This document shows, piece by piece, positions 13,308 through 26,785 of a stretch of 64,000 bases of DNA. Under the pieces are notes generated by a model that saw only the letters and a program-made list of their open reading frames with translations, ran no database searches and was not told the DNA's origin. This DNA comes from Eledone cirrhosa. Lineage: Eukaryota. Location of the stretch: positions 167,524,001-167,588,000 of the forward strand of contig OZ024740.1 in NCBI GenBank assembly GCA_964016885.1. The letters run 5' to 3'. A program made the position numbers and the translations under genes. Each line of letters starts with the position of its first letter. The stretch's first letter is position 1.

Positions 13308-14255
13308 TATATATGTGTGTGTGGGTATGTGTATTAAGTGAGAAATATATGTATGTATATAAATATGTATTTTTGTTTTTATATATGTATGTGTGTGTAA
13401 GTATGCACGTATGTATGTATCTTTCTGTATGTACATGTTATTGCTTGCGAGTGCATTTGGATATTCCATATTTAATTTATTTTGGGAGTGGTGGTGCCTA
13501 ATGGAATATAGAGAGATTAGTAATGATGTTGATGTATTTAAGTCTAATAGCTATTAAATCAGGAGAAGCAATGTTACAGTGAATCATTATTGGTTGACTG
13601 GTGTAAATGACAAAAAGATATGCTTGTTACCCACCCGTCCCCCCTCTCAGCATTTATCTCCTCTCCAACACCAACATGTTATTTCCTAAATCATTAATCC
13701 GTTTCTAAATTCGGGTCTTTCTTTGGGATATATATGGGGTTTTAAAGATGGGGATATTATCATTGTTTGATTACCGGGCGGCAACTTCTGTTACACAGTT
13801 TAGAAGTATAATTACATAAAGCTGTATATGCGTACGTGTGAGAGTGAATGAATGGGAGAGAGAGAGGGTGTGTTGTTTTTGCGAGTGTGCACGGATGTCT
13901 TAATAGAAATATGTTTGTCTATCTGGGCATATTTTTCTGAGTGAATATATAGAACACATATATATATATATATATGCGTGTAAGATTTGTGTGTGCATAC
14001 AGTATTCGAAATGCACTTTTGTTTCTAATTTCCTATGTCATATTTTGTATGAACTCTTTATAATCTATTCGGAATAAAACCTTCATAAAACCGTTACCAA
14101 TATTGCTAAACCTCTATAATCTCATAGACTGGATAGGCTGATAGTGGTATGATTTCTCTCGTTGCACGTGCCAAGGACCTTTGTGAACATATTGTCACAG
14201 GATCATGAGTTGTTTATATTCTTCAAGCCCAAAAAATAGTAGTGCCCAAAATAAA

Positions 14256-14436
14256 TAATTGTTTCTACTTTTTGCGCAAGGCCAGTAATTACCCTAGTGC
14301 GTTACTGGTACTCTGTTTTATGGACCCCGTAAGGGGTAAAGGCAAAGTTAACCTTGCCGGGATTTGAAATCAGAATTGAAAGGGCCGTAACTCTATGCAT
14401 CAAAGCATGGCGTTCGACCCTCTACCGATACTGCCT
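14256..14436 (-). mobile_element. SINE family A copy
   Basis: Family core plus tRNA-like head. Confidence 0.85.
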
Positions 14437-14834
14437 CAAATGAGGTTCACCACTCTAAAACTGAGACAGTGCTGCTCCTACACACACACAAACGTCCTAA
14501 TCGGTATCGAAAGAAAGGTCAGCCTGGGAATAGCATGACTGGTTCACAAAATAACACACCAGGCCCTTTTCTACTAAATGCGAACTCCTGTCTCAGCATT
14601 CCCTTGTAGAGAGCTAGTCTCTTGCCAGATCTACACAGATATATCTTTCTCTTCTTCTTGTTTCGTATATAGGGTCAAACATCCTCATCCACCCTCAATT
14701 CTACGCCTATTCTTTACAGCTTAGGAAACTGCCATTTAGCTATTCCTGAAACCTTATATTTATGTTGTAAGAAATAGAATAAGAAAATACATACAAGTAC
14801 ACACATACACACACACATACACACACACACACAA

Positions 14835-14880
<46 letters not shown>

Positions 14881-15193
14881 AAGAAAAGAATTTTAGTAGA
14901 AAATGGTGGAGGAATTTTTTCAGTATAATTTCAAAACATTTATTTATAAAGTAGAGATTTCCGCATTTAATAGTGTTCCGGTTTCAGCTTTATATGCTTT
15001 TTCAACGACGGAAGTGTATAGCACAGTTAAATTGCATATTTATACTAATAATAATAGAATGGAGAAAAAAAGATTTTTAGTTTTTACATACATATTTAGA
15101 GAAGAGAGTTCATATTTTGGGCCGAAGTTTTCGTTCGTAATATATGTGTGTGTGTGTTAGAAAGAGAGCGAGTGTGAGAGAGAGAGAACAAGC

Positions 15194-15263
<70 letters not shown>

Positions 15264-15489
15264 TTAAAATAACATCTTAAAGTTTATGCAAAGAATGGCT
15301 GCTTTAACCCTTAACGGGTTATTCTGAAACTACATTTATCCTTATCGAGCACTCTTTGGATTTTAGTCTTCAAATGTATTATTAAATCCCGCCGAGGTTT
15401 ACTTTGCTTTTCATCCTTACGGGTCGATGAAATAAAGTACCAGTAATTGCTGGCCTTGTGCCTAAAGTAGAAACAATTATTACTATATA

Positions 15490-16060
15490 CCTTCTTGGTT
15501 GTCCATCGTGAACGATGATGACATCTTCCTTAATTTAGTTCCCGTCTACCGTGGGCACACGCTAAAGATGAAACCTGTGCGGGAAAGGTTTATAGTGGGA
15601 GGGCCAGTGCACAGTGACGGTCCCACTCACTGGGCCGCAGAAGCCAGAATCCGGTGGTACGGAGGACCGTCACGACCAGGGACTTCCTTGGCTGCAGTGG
15701 ATGGCCACGACGTCTGTAGTGCCTTGCTGTTCCCTAGCGCTCCACCTTCGTGACCCTTGGGACGTTGTTGTCCTCCTCCAGTCATTCCGCCGAGTCCAGT
15801 CTTCGCATGCAGGGGCAGGAATCCCCTATATAACTCACCGGGGGTTTCAGATACGTCCGGCTACCCTCAATCTGGTTCGGACCGCCAGCCAAGGCGGTTT
15901 ACCAGGGTGTGGCTGCTGTCGCATGCTAAAGCTTCTTGGGGCCACAGGTGAGAGCTGAGTGTCAGGTGGGACCCAATGCAGTACGAGCTGTCCTGAAAAG
16001 TGCATGGCTATCACCACCCCCTCCTACAGAGGTACATGCCCCACCCTGACACCCCAGGCC
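15490..16060. repeat. GC-rich unclassified interspersed repeat, possibly derived from an RTE 5' UTR
   Basis: Sharp GC-rich island between a SINE tail and a (TA/CA) tract. No protein motif recognised. Confidence 0.35.
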
Positions 16061-16186
16061 TATACACACGTATATACATACACATACATATGTACATGTG
16101 TATATACATATTTACACATTTTTGGATGGCCGTTGACTCTTATCAGTTCTTCCGCACTTATATATATATATTTATAAAGAGAAAGA

Positions 16187-16269
<83 letters not shown>

Positions 16270-17005
16270 GGGAGAGTGTATGAACTATGTTTAACAAGAA
16301 TATAATATATTTCAGATTATATGTGATGCTTGTTGGTACGGGCATGGTATGAATCTTATTTTTGAAGAGACAAAAATGTCGTATATTCAATGTAGTAGGG
16401 GAGTCGAATTTTATGTTTGTAGTGTACGTGTTTTTTCTGGTCCGTTTATAATGCAATGGTAAATTGACTAAAATAACAATATATTGCATGACAAGGAAAT
16501 AAAGAATGCATATATGTGAGAATCAGGGAATGGATATCAAGATTGGTGATTCTATAAGGGATTGTACGAAATGTTTAAGATAGATATGAAAGAGATGAAA
16601 AAATACCACTCGTCATATCCAGAATGCGAAATCCTATTTCTACGTATTCATTTCAGGTAGATTGCTTTCCTCGGGCATTATTGCCTCTACTCCTCGCATG
16701 ATATCTAGCCGTTTTAATCCAAAAGATTTGATGAGTAAATAAGTTCATTGAGAACTAATATAATTTAACCATACCAGTTGCTTTCAACACGATCACTTGT
16801 ACACAAAGTCCTCTCACACCTTATTGTTTAAAATTGAATCCAAATGCTTGCATCATCTCTGACTATAGGAATAATCTCCCTTACTGTTGTTTCTTATTAC
16901 ATGAACACGCATAAAGGATATTTCGGTCTTGAAATTACGAGGATAGTCGCAGTCCATGGATACATTTACGAGGCGCTATATTCAGATTACGAGAGTCTAT
17001 ATATG

Positions 17006-17034
<29 letters not shown>

Positions 17035-17036
<2 letters not shown>

Positions 17037-17700
17037 AATTTTTTTTATTTCATGCTATAAATCTAAACAAAAATTTAACGTTCCTATTTTCTGTTCACAC
17101 ATTATACCATGCAGACGCCCACTAGATATACCTCTGTTATAATATATACCTCTGTTAAGATATAGGTTCTTTAGAATAACATTTTTCGCGATTCCTAGCC
17201 TGATTGTAGCATAACATTAACGCTGACTTTTCTTCTTTCTTTCTGTCTTTTTTGTTCTCTTTGACCGGGAGGTTAGTAGCACATTATAAGCTTTCGCCCC
17301 CTCACCGGATAGCCTTAAGTAGACCGAATAGCCAGCACTTGAGGGCGACCGGCTAAAGTGTAAGATGCTAGATGGTCGGTCGTCCTCAGGTCTATGATTT
17401 TCAGCCCCATGCATTTTATCTGTTACATTCATTTATTATATTTCGAATACCTGATGATATCACCGAATTCATACGGAACCCGGTCATTTAAATGATCATA
17501 GTATAATAAACCTTTCAAGGATGTACACAAGTCCAGCGTCCTGTTATTTTATTATAATAATTAACTCCGTACTCGCACCACCAACTACACAAACAAAGAC
17601 GGTTGAGCTGCTTTACGTTGAGTATTCTCCATATTATTACATTACATCAAGATTGACCATACGCAATGACCAGTTCTATCCAGTGGCGAACCTTCAAACC

Positions 17701-17702
<2 letters not shown>
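17035..17702 (+). mobile_element. Non-coding element between two (TA)n tracts with a degenerate hammerhead at 17447-17504
   Basis: ATAC CTGATGA ... GGAA (GAAA expected) ... GGTCATTTAAATGATC ATA|GTAT. Stem I ATAC/GTAT pairs. Confidence 0.4.
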
Positions 17703-17752
<50 letters not shown>

Positions 17753-17892
17753 AATTGAAATACTGAGTGTGTTGGAGTTACACCCTCTTCGTATTATAGA
17801 AATGACAAAAAAGGTATAGCTCAATGTAATTAAACAGAGCCGAAGAATTATGAAAATAAACCAAAGAAGCCTTCAATACATCAAAAGTCTTT

Positions 17893-17939
17893 ATTAGCAA
17901 ACAATGTTTCGTCCTATTAAGGACTCACCAGGGCAATTA
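17893..17939 (-). ncRNA. Type-I hammerhead ribozyme with one core mutation (A6 to G)
   Basis: Minus strand reads GCC CTGGTGA GTCCT(TAAT)AGGAC GAAAC ATT GTT|TGC. It lies on the PLE sense strand near the 3' end. Confidence 0.7.
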
Positions 17940-19678
17940 AAGCTATAGAAGCACTATCAGCCAATACAAGCCAAAAACTCATAGGAATCATAGGAAAATA
18001 ATCGGGTAGAAATTATCAAGTAAAAAATTATCAAGTGAAAATTGCTAAGGAAGTAAGTAACATTTTGAACCATATTACAAATATAGTCCAATGCAAAAAC
18101 TAGAGCTGGTGATATAGAGCGGGAATTATTGTACTATATATAATATAATATAATATAATATAATTAATAATGATAATAATAATAATGTTAAAAGGCCCAA
18201 TATACATATATATATATACATATGTACACATATATACATATATATCAATACACATTTCCATCAATAGAAGCACAAACTAACCCTTATTAAGAGTTTAAAT
18301 ATAAATAAGAATAATAATAATAAAAATAAAAATAAAAATACAAATCTAAAATACATATGAAAAATACAAATGAAAATAAAATTAAAATATAATACATATA
18401 ATATTTACAGTATAAAATGAAGAATAAATGATTAAAAGTAAGCATAAAATATATAATAAACTATATAATTATATAATAGATAATCTCCGGTTAATTTGCA
18501 CAAACAATATAAATGTTACAATAACACTAAAATCACAATATTATAATATAATGGCATATAACTTAACAAATCATATAGATTTACAGTCAGGGTGAGAAAA
18601 AATATTGTACAGAACTAAATTATATTGGAAAAATTATGTTGGAAAAATATCAATCCATTGCAAGAAAATAGATCAAATTTCTATACAGTTGGTGTAAATA
18701 AATATTATCCAAACATTACAAGAATTATAAAAATATAAACATATTACAGGATTTACAGAATTTAACATAACATAATGGTACATTTAATAATCGATAAATA
18801 ATAATGATCAGTAGTACGTTTACAAAGAGTGGAATGATATAAAATTTCAATATAAAATATTGAACAAAGTATAATATACATAATTACATGGTTGGTGGAG
18901 AGACATTTGTGAATAAGTGAATGAGAGCCAGACAGACAGACTACGCACGGTAGTATATATAAATAAATACAATCAACCGGAAATCGAAAAACAAAAACAA
19001 AAGTATTTACTTAGGTGTTGCATGCAGTTAAGTAAAAAATTTAGGAAACAAACCCGGATAAATGACTAGAAAACCCTATTAAATTAATTAATATTGAAAG
19101 TCCTTAAGATACATAATAAGTCCATTCAAAATTAGCTATGGTTTAAGTAATCAAAATCCCCGAATTTAAATATATCACTATCAAAATATATCTGGAAAAA
19201 ATGAAATATTCAACTATCAGTTGAATAACGTTATCTATTAAACAGACTTTAAATAGAGTTATGGTAGGCCAATGGGGACAGAAAAAAGAAATGTATGGAG
19301 GATATGAAAGAGCATAAAATGATAATCAACATACTGTATTATACAGTAGAAAGGAGCGTAAAAGGGAATTGGATATAATTATAGTATATTTGAAGGGGCG
19401 AGTGACAAGTATGTATGTGTGTGTGTGGGGGGGGGGGTAGTTATCCAAAGAAGAATCCAAATAAAATAAAATACAATAATCTAAAATAAAATAAAATATA
19501 TAATCAGATATAAACTCATGAGGTGAAAATATAATATTTAAGAAGATAGAAATGGTATGGTAGCCAAAAGATTATGAAAGCTATAATGAAAAGCTGTCAA
19601 AAGCCAATGATAAAAATGATGATAATGATGGTGGTAAACATAATAAACCTTAACTAAAAAGATAAGGGAATGTAGCAG

Positions 19679-20273
19679 CTAATGGATACAATTTACACTA
19701 CTAGAACCTTTAGGTTTAAAATAAAAGTAAGAATTTGAAATGGCGTGGGGGCAAGAAGAGAATATCTGAGACTTTCTATTAAGTAAGGTTTCCCTAGAGA
19801 AAATTATAGAGTGGGTCTCAAGGATACAGAGATTGCAAAATTTAATATGTGTTGAAAGGTTATAAAAGCGTGCTACTATACGCCAACTAAGGCTATATGG
19901 TATATTAGACCCCTTAAGATCCCAGATATGGTGTGCTAAAGAAGTAGAATTCTTAAACTTAACATGTTTAAAATTAGAGATATGAGAATTAAACCTAGTC
20001 TTAAAAGTGTTAGATGTAGAGCCTATATACGTGCTATCAAAAGAATTAGTTTTAACCACACAAGCATAAACGATGTTCTTAGAGAGGCAGTTACCGTTTA
20101 AAGGGCAGTTAGCACTCACTCTACAGTTACACTTCCGGGTGTTATTGATCGGCTGAAGTAGTGATACATCGCACGTAGGATTACTATGAGATAAAGTCTG
20201 CTCTGGTGGTAAGGCATTTACGGATCTATTCTGACTAATAGCGCGTAGAGAGGAGTATCCATTCCTAATTTTC

Positions 20274-20275
<2 letters not shown>
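19679..20275 (-). CDS. PLE Cys-rich linker and GIY-YIG endonuclease (C-terminal remnant, open frame)
   Basis: IVY...YIG motifs, conserved Arg in FKTRF and Glu in LCILE. The ATG is probably not the real start. Confidence 0.8.
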
Positions 20276-20363
<88 letters not shown>

Positions 20364-20379
20364 TATATATAAATGCATA

Positions 20380-20811
20380 TATAGTCTCTGTATACATATA
20401 TGTATGTACGTATACATACTTATATTTAAGTATCAGCCATACTAAGAGAGAGAAATGAAATTTCATTTTTTTCCATTTATTGTTTTCGGTACGCCCGGCC
20501 GACTAACTCACTCGATATGCAAATTAGGCTGTTCAGACGTTAATATGCATAAGGAAAGTATATACTTTCAAATGTTCAATCGATTGACAGGAAGGTATAC
20601 GGTTCTGATGACAACTAATAAGCTAGAAACTAGTTCATCGCTCCTTTGTCAGTGTTGAACAAAAGGGCAACGATGGTTGCCGAACACTGTACGGCTTATA
20701 AATGTTCGGTAAACCCATACGTACACATATATATAGATATATGTATATGTGTGCATGTATGTATATACATACTACTGTACGTCTGTATACATATATGTAT
20801 GTACGTATACA
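20380..20811 (+). mobile_element. Short hammerhead-bearing element (family H2) in partial-tandem arrangement
   Basis: Reverse-complement homologue of 26270-26690. Direct repeat CTGTATACATATATGTATGTACGTATACA at 20388 and 20783. Confidence 0.75.
20600..20640 (+). ncRNA. Minimal type-I hammerhead ribozyme, slightly decayed
   Basis: CGGTT CTGATGA CAACT(AATA)AGCTA GAAAC TA GTT|CATCG. Confidence 0.7.
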
Positions 20812-20843
20812 CACAGACACATATATATATATATATATATATA

Positions 20844-20883
<40 letters not shown>

Positions 20884-20904
20884 CACATATATATATATAT
20901 ACAT

Positions 20905-20989
<85 letters not shown>

Positions 20990-21223
20990 TATGCATATAT
21001 ATGCATTAAAAAAGAGGTTTGTTTGCATAATTCAAAACAAATCGAATATAATTATCAATATTCGAAAAATTCAGATTACATTTATTCATATATATATACA
21101 TATATATTTCTTTCGCCGAAAAGAAGTAAGAGACATAGTCACTACTTTAAAACCGATAGCGTATGGTCTTCAAAATATTTTTAATTAAACATACGGTATA
21201 TTGCCAAATATACTATACATACA

Positions 21224-21312
<89 letters not shown>

Positions 21313-21319
21313 ATGTGTA

Positions 21320-22088
21320 TATATATATAAAATTAAGTGTGTGTGTGTGTGTGTGTATGTGTATTACCTATAGGGGCCTACATCTTACGACCGATTTTTA
21401 TGAAACTTTACAGGCTCTTATATTAGTCATCGGGAATTGTTTTCCATATCTCAGCGTATCGTTCTTTTTATTCCGGGGTCATTCTGCAGATAAACATCGA
21501 TAGGGGCTCACTTTTTTTTAGGTATCGAAAAATAAGATTTTTTGCTCTAATTCCCACATTTTTGCAAACGATTTTGCCACCGATTTCGTTCAAATTTTAA
21601 AGTAAAATATAATTTATCATTGCACATCCTGTAATGGCTTTATATTTTGCATTTTCTGTTCAGGAACGGCGTGGCAGTCGCTTAAATATTCGAAAATACC
21701 ACCCTTTCGCTCAAATTTACACCTTCTTCCCGCCTCAAATTTCCACCTCAATTTCCACCTTTTCGGCTCTAGGCCCCACCGATTTCGTTCAAATTCGAAA
21801 CTTCGGCTCCACCTCACACATAAATCAATTTATTTGGTTCAACTTTTATACTACGATAGAACCTATCATTGCACATCTTATAGTAGCTTTACACTTTGCA
21901 TTTTTTGTTCAGGGACGACGTGGCAGCCGTTTAACTCTTCAAAATACGATTTTTTCCACCTCCCACATATACCATACGATTTCACTCAACATTTCGCCAT
22001 TTGCTACACCTTTCCACCTATTTTCAAGAAACTCGCATTCGCGAAGATCAATACCATTTTTTTCACAGCAGATATTATTTTACCTACC
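21320..22088 (+). mobile_element. Non-autonomous Helitron-like element with an internal duplication
   Basis: 5' TATATAAAATTAAG-(TG)n...ACCGATTTTTATGAAACTTT resembles Lep1-type Helitron-N heads. Blocks CCACCGATTTCGTTCAAATT and TATCATTGCACATC...CGTGGCAG occur twice (21577-21685 and 21776-21935). Confidence 0.5.
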
Positions 22089-22354
22089 CACTAGCAAAGT
22101 TTGGACATATAATTAACTTCCTATTCAACTGAACAATCCTATACTGCTTTAACTATTATAATATTCTCTTGTAATCTCTGTCACATGCATTCCACTCTGT
22201 GCCTCTTTAATTATTATACAATTATTTTGTAATCTCTGTCACACCAATTCCACTCTGTAAATACCAAACTGTTGATGAAATCATTAATATCCATGTATCT
22301 ATATGATTGTTCAGTTGAATAGGAAGTTAATTATATGTCCAAACTTTGCTAGTG
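22089..22354. mobile_element. MITE-like element with perfect 50-bp terminal inverted repeats starting CACTAG
   Basis: CACTAGCAAAGTTTGGACATATAATTAACTTCCTATTCAACTGAACAATC at 22089-22138 and its reverse complement at 22305-22354. An internal 30-bp direct repeat is present. No clean TSD. Confidence 0.7.
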
Positions 22355-22974
22355 CTCCGAGGAATCAAACGAAAGATTGGAAGAAACGATTGTCAGCAAT
22401 TAAATGATTTGAACATAGTTTTGATTATTGTGTAATTTATATATATATACAACATTGAAATATAGTTGTGCTGACCTATTGGACCTAATGTGGTACTATC
22501 TTCCAGCATTCCTGTTGGCTCGCCCGTATCCTTCTGCATAACTATCATCCACAGGCACGTTTGTACTTCATGTTGAATGCATGCGACTGGTGGATATATG
22601 CGTGTTCAGTAAGACATCTACATACTGATGAGAGGTTCTGATATCTTCATCGTGCCTATCATTTCATAATGGTAATTGGCATTATCTCTCTTCGACTGAG
22701 AAGCAGCTACATAGATTAGAGAAATTGGTTTTTACCATCTTCATAAATTCATTCGGTAATTTTCTTATGAAAATGAACCTTTATTGATACTCATGGCCTT
22801 GGATACATTTTTCCTAGGTAGTATTTACTGTATTATTGTATTACTGCTCCTAAATTTTTTTTCTTTAATTTAAATTAAGTCAAGTTAGGTTAAGGACCTA
22901 TTTTTAGCACTCCTGTTTGCCTGTACCTTTAGCAGACAATAAGAATGTTACTTCATTTATTGAACAACAACATT

Positions 22975-23092
<118 letters not shown>

Positions 23093-24388
23093 TCTGTGTT
23101 GTTTGCGTGCGTAATTTACTTCCGCTTAATTTCCGTTTCACAATTTTCTCTAAGCATAAGGTTATTCATTTTGAGGAGGAGTCAATTCGGTTATAATCAT
23201 CACTAGTGCTTGAGTATTACATTATTTTATCCATCTCGATAGAAGAGTTTACAAAGATTACCTTAGCAGGATTTCAAATATAATGCAAATTAAGATAATC
23301 AAATATCCCATGGAATTTTCACCAGCTCTCACCTAAAACTATCAATCAACCGCCTGTTTATGCAACATATTGTTAATAATAATAATAATTTTAAAAGCTA
23401 TTTTTTTCTATCGGCGACTTCACAAGAAACGGACATTATTGTTTATTTTGCTTTTGTTGTAACTCTTCCCATTAACTGCTGTTTGTTCTATTATTGTTCG
23501 TTTTGTTGAAGCGAAAGGGTTCTAATTACAAGGTTAAAGTAATTACTGTTTTATATGTTTCAGGTGCACTTCGACAGAAGCTCAACTCAATAACAGACAA
23601 ACGTGAATATAACAGCTTATATTAAAAACCAGCTGAACACAAATGACAAAACAGTCGGCAGAACAAACAGAAAATATAAAAATAATGATTTCCTTACACA
23701 ACACAGGAGTATATTACAATCCTAAAAACTACGAAACCCTTTAAGATTCCATCATTATTTGCAAAGCTCCAGAAAAATGTTATTAACAAATGTATCCTAA
23801 ATTCTCTCTCATTCTTTTCTTATACATTATTTATTGAGATTCTCATATGCAAAAGCAAATTAGCTTTGCATACTATAGGTCAGATTTAATTGCACAATAT
23901 GGCTTACATTAATAGAATGCATAACTTCACACCATGCGGTGACAATGTTTTAATGATGTTTTATGTTTTATGTATCATAGAGTATGTTATTGAATGTAAA
24001 ATTAATACAATGTGAGGTAATAATATATATATATTTGTCATATATCAGAATGAACATCAAGCTCATCGCCCTCGGGAGCATGAAAACTCATGTAAATGTC
24101 ATAGTCTCAGCCCCATCGATCTCATAAAGTAATAATTAGAAATATATAAATAAAAGCAAAAAATATTCAGAGCTTCGTGCGTAATTATTAAGCATAGGTC
24201 TGAAGAACTAAATTCTCGTAATTGTAATATAATTAGTTTAAATTCTACGATCAATTCAGTTTATCCAACCAATTAAGGACATTAGTTGGTAATTGTCTAC
24301 TAATTGCAAGAATAATATCAGTTGATCGAAGTAGAAACAAATAAATATATATATTTGCAATAGCCGAAATACGATTCTCGCTAATTTA

Positions 24389-24469
<81 letters not shown>

Positions 24470-24546
24470 CTGTGTGTGTGTGTGTGTGTGTGATTATGTG
24501 TGTGTGTGTGTGTGAATGCGTTATTGTTAATATTATTAATAGTATA

Positions 24547-24700
24547 TGGTCTGTGTTCAAATCCCGCCAAGGTTAACTTTGCCTTTCATCCTTACGGGGT
24601 CGATAAAATAAAGTACCAGTCACGGACTGGAGTCAATTTAATCGACTTTCCCCTCCCCCAAAACTGCTGGCCTTGTGCCTATATGAGAAACCATTATTAT
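24547..24700 (+). mobile_element. SINE family A copy retaining the longer internal segment
   Basis: GTTCAAATCCCGCC B-box-like motif followed by GCCTTTCATCCTTACGGGGTCGATAAAATAAAGTACCAGT. Confidence 0.85.
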
Positions 24701-24760
24701 ATGATATATGGATTTTAGTTGCCTTAAACATAAGTTAAATAATGGTTTATTAGTCTTATC

Positions 24761-24850
<90 letters not shown>

Positions 24851-25351
24851 GGAGACAGAGAGAGTAAAAGGGGAAATGAAAATATAGATAGATTGAATGG
24901 TATATCTTGTAGAACGAGCATTTACCTAGAGGTTCCTTCGTTAAACAATCTCTGATAATTAATCGATAATAACCATGATCCAGACACACAGGGACATACA
25001 TTCCCAGCCCCACCCCCCAAAACAGACATACACATATATATGTACTGTTTGTGTCATCTAAATTTCATTCATAAGTCATCAGAAAGCGCAGCTAATGTAA
25101 AAACACTAAACTTAGATGCTACTCAGTGGGCTGCACATGAAACTATACTGGGGGAGTGAACTTCTTACCATGTAGCCTTATATATATATATATATATATT
25201 CATTTTTATTAAGGACATGTCTGATGACCCTGCGATAAACATGAAAAATTCCAGAGTAATAAAGCTAACATTTGAGCATTAATAAAAATGAATATTAAAA
25301 CTCTACCTCGGTATTGAATTCTCCTTTCTCTCAGCCGTCAACTACACACGG

Positions 25352-25393
<42 letters not shown>

Positions 25394-26234
25394 AAGATAC
25401 GTGTGTGTCATATATTAGAATCCGATCCTTTTGTATTATTATTTACAAATTTTATTAAATAACATTTTTAATGTTTTTTTTTTATTTTTTTATTTAATTT
25501 TCTTCTTTTTTTTGTTGCATCGTCTTGATTCCTTTGATAAGGTTGACTTCTATAGTTTCTTTTTTCAAATGTTAATCTTTTCATTAGCATCTGTTCAAAA
25601 TCTGTTCAAAATTAATATAAAATTTCTCTTTCTGTGTCCTTTGATCTTCACCGTAATAATTTTTTTGATAAGTTGAAATCATTGCATATTTCTATTTTAC
25701 TTATAACTGCTTTATATATTTAATTCGTCTTGCTGAATATATCATAATTCTGTGACTTATCGATTCATTTTCATTTTCTAAATTTTGAAATATACGAGAA
25801 TATTATTTATAGTTTGCTTGTATTGCCCATTTTTTAAGGTATCTCCTTCACTATACATACGTTATTGTTGATAAGGTTTAACCTTCACGTCAAAGCCACT
25901 CGCTCAGAAATGCAATTAAAGGCATTCGAACAGTTACCACTGTATCTGTTTATTTTTTATACAGTCTAAAATCTTATTCCATGTATCCCTGCTAATAAAA
26001 GATGATGTAATTCGAGGTAGATTCCTCTGCTACTACAAGCAGAACGGGAACAACATAGTGGCTTCCTCGCAGATAAAAATTGATCGAAATTTATTCTGCT
26101 ATGGAATGTTCCTTTTAAAAGTTTTTTTACTTACACATTACAATATGCATTTGACCAAACCTGAGATGATGTGGAAATTTCCTCATATTAACATCGCTAC
26201 ATTTCATAAAGAAATTAATGAATTTAAATAAATA

Positions 26235-26268
<34 letters not shown>

Positions 26269-26269
26269 A

Positions 26270-26700
26270 ATGGAAACAACGAAATTTCATTTCTCACTCT
26301 TCGTACGGCTGTTACTTAAATATAAGTATGTATACGTACATACATATATGTATACAGACGTACATTAGTATGTGTATATATATACATACATGCACATATA
26401 TATATGTACGTATGGGTTTACCGAACATTTATTATAATGCTCGGTTTGTTTGTAAACAAACAACGCGAATTAGTAGCCGCACAGTGTTCGGCAACCATCG
26501 ATCCCCTTTTGTTCAACACTGACTAAGGAACGATGAACTAGTTTCTAGCTTATTAGCTGTCATCAGCACCGTATACCTTCCTGTCAGTCGATTGAACGTT
26601 TGAAAGTATATACATTCCTTATGCATATTAACGGCTGAGAAGACTAATTTGCATATCGAGTGAGTTAGTCGGCCGGGTATACTTGAGGGAAGTCGGAGGT
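26270..26700 (-). mobile_element. Short hammerhead-bearing element (family H2), 3' end in (TA)n
   Basis: Homologous to 20380-20811 in the opposite orientation. Confidence 0.75.
26530..26572 (-). ncRNA. Minimal type-I hammerhead ribozyme with palindromic stem III
   Basis: Minus strand reads ACGGTG CTGATGA CAGCT(AATA)AGCTA GAAAC TA GTT|CATCGT, with a 6-bp stem I. Confidence 0.8.
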
Positions 26701-26785
26701 ATACTTTAAGGGAAGGAGACACGTTCATCTAGTTCATATGCTAGAAATGTATAAAAGTATACATTTGGAAGTCTATAACTGAAAA

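Larger units (their letters stand above)
17750..20276 (-). mobile_element. 5'-truncated Penelope-like element: GIY-YIG end, about 1.9-kb 3' UTR and hammerhead, flanked by (TA)n on both sides
   Basis: ORF 19679-20275 has [45 protein letters not shown] and [14 protein letters not shown]. Confidence 0.9.

Noticed and set aside
22625-22655. CTGATGA-GAGG...TCTTC
   Set aside because: No GAAA core follows. Treated as chance or part of a decayed SINE.
23545-23625. Plus-strand acceptor TTTCAG followed by GALRQKLNSITDKREYNSLY*
   Set aside because: Short, isolated and without homology evidence. Expected by chance in AT-rich DNA.
25200-25352. 150-bp island between (TA)n tracts containing CTGATGA...GAAA
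   Set aside because: Context fits the hammerhead elements but stems I-III do not pair.
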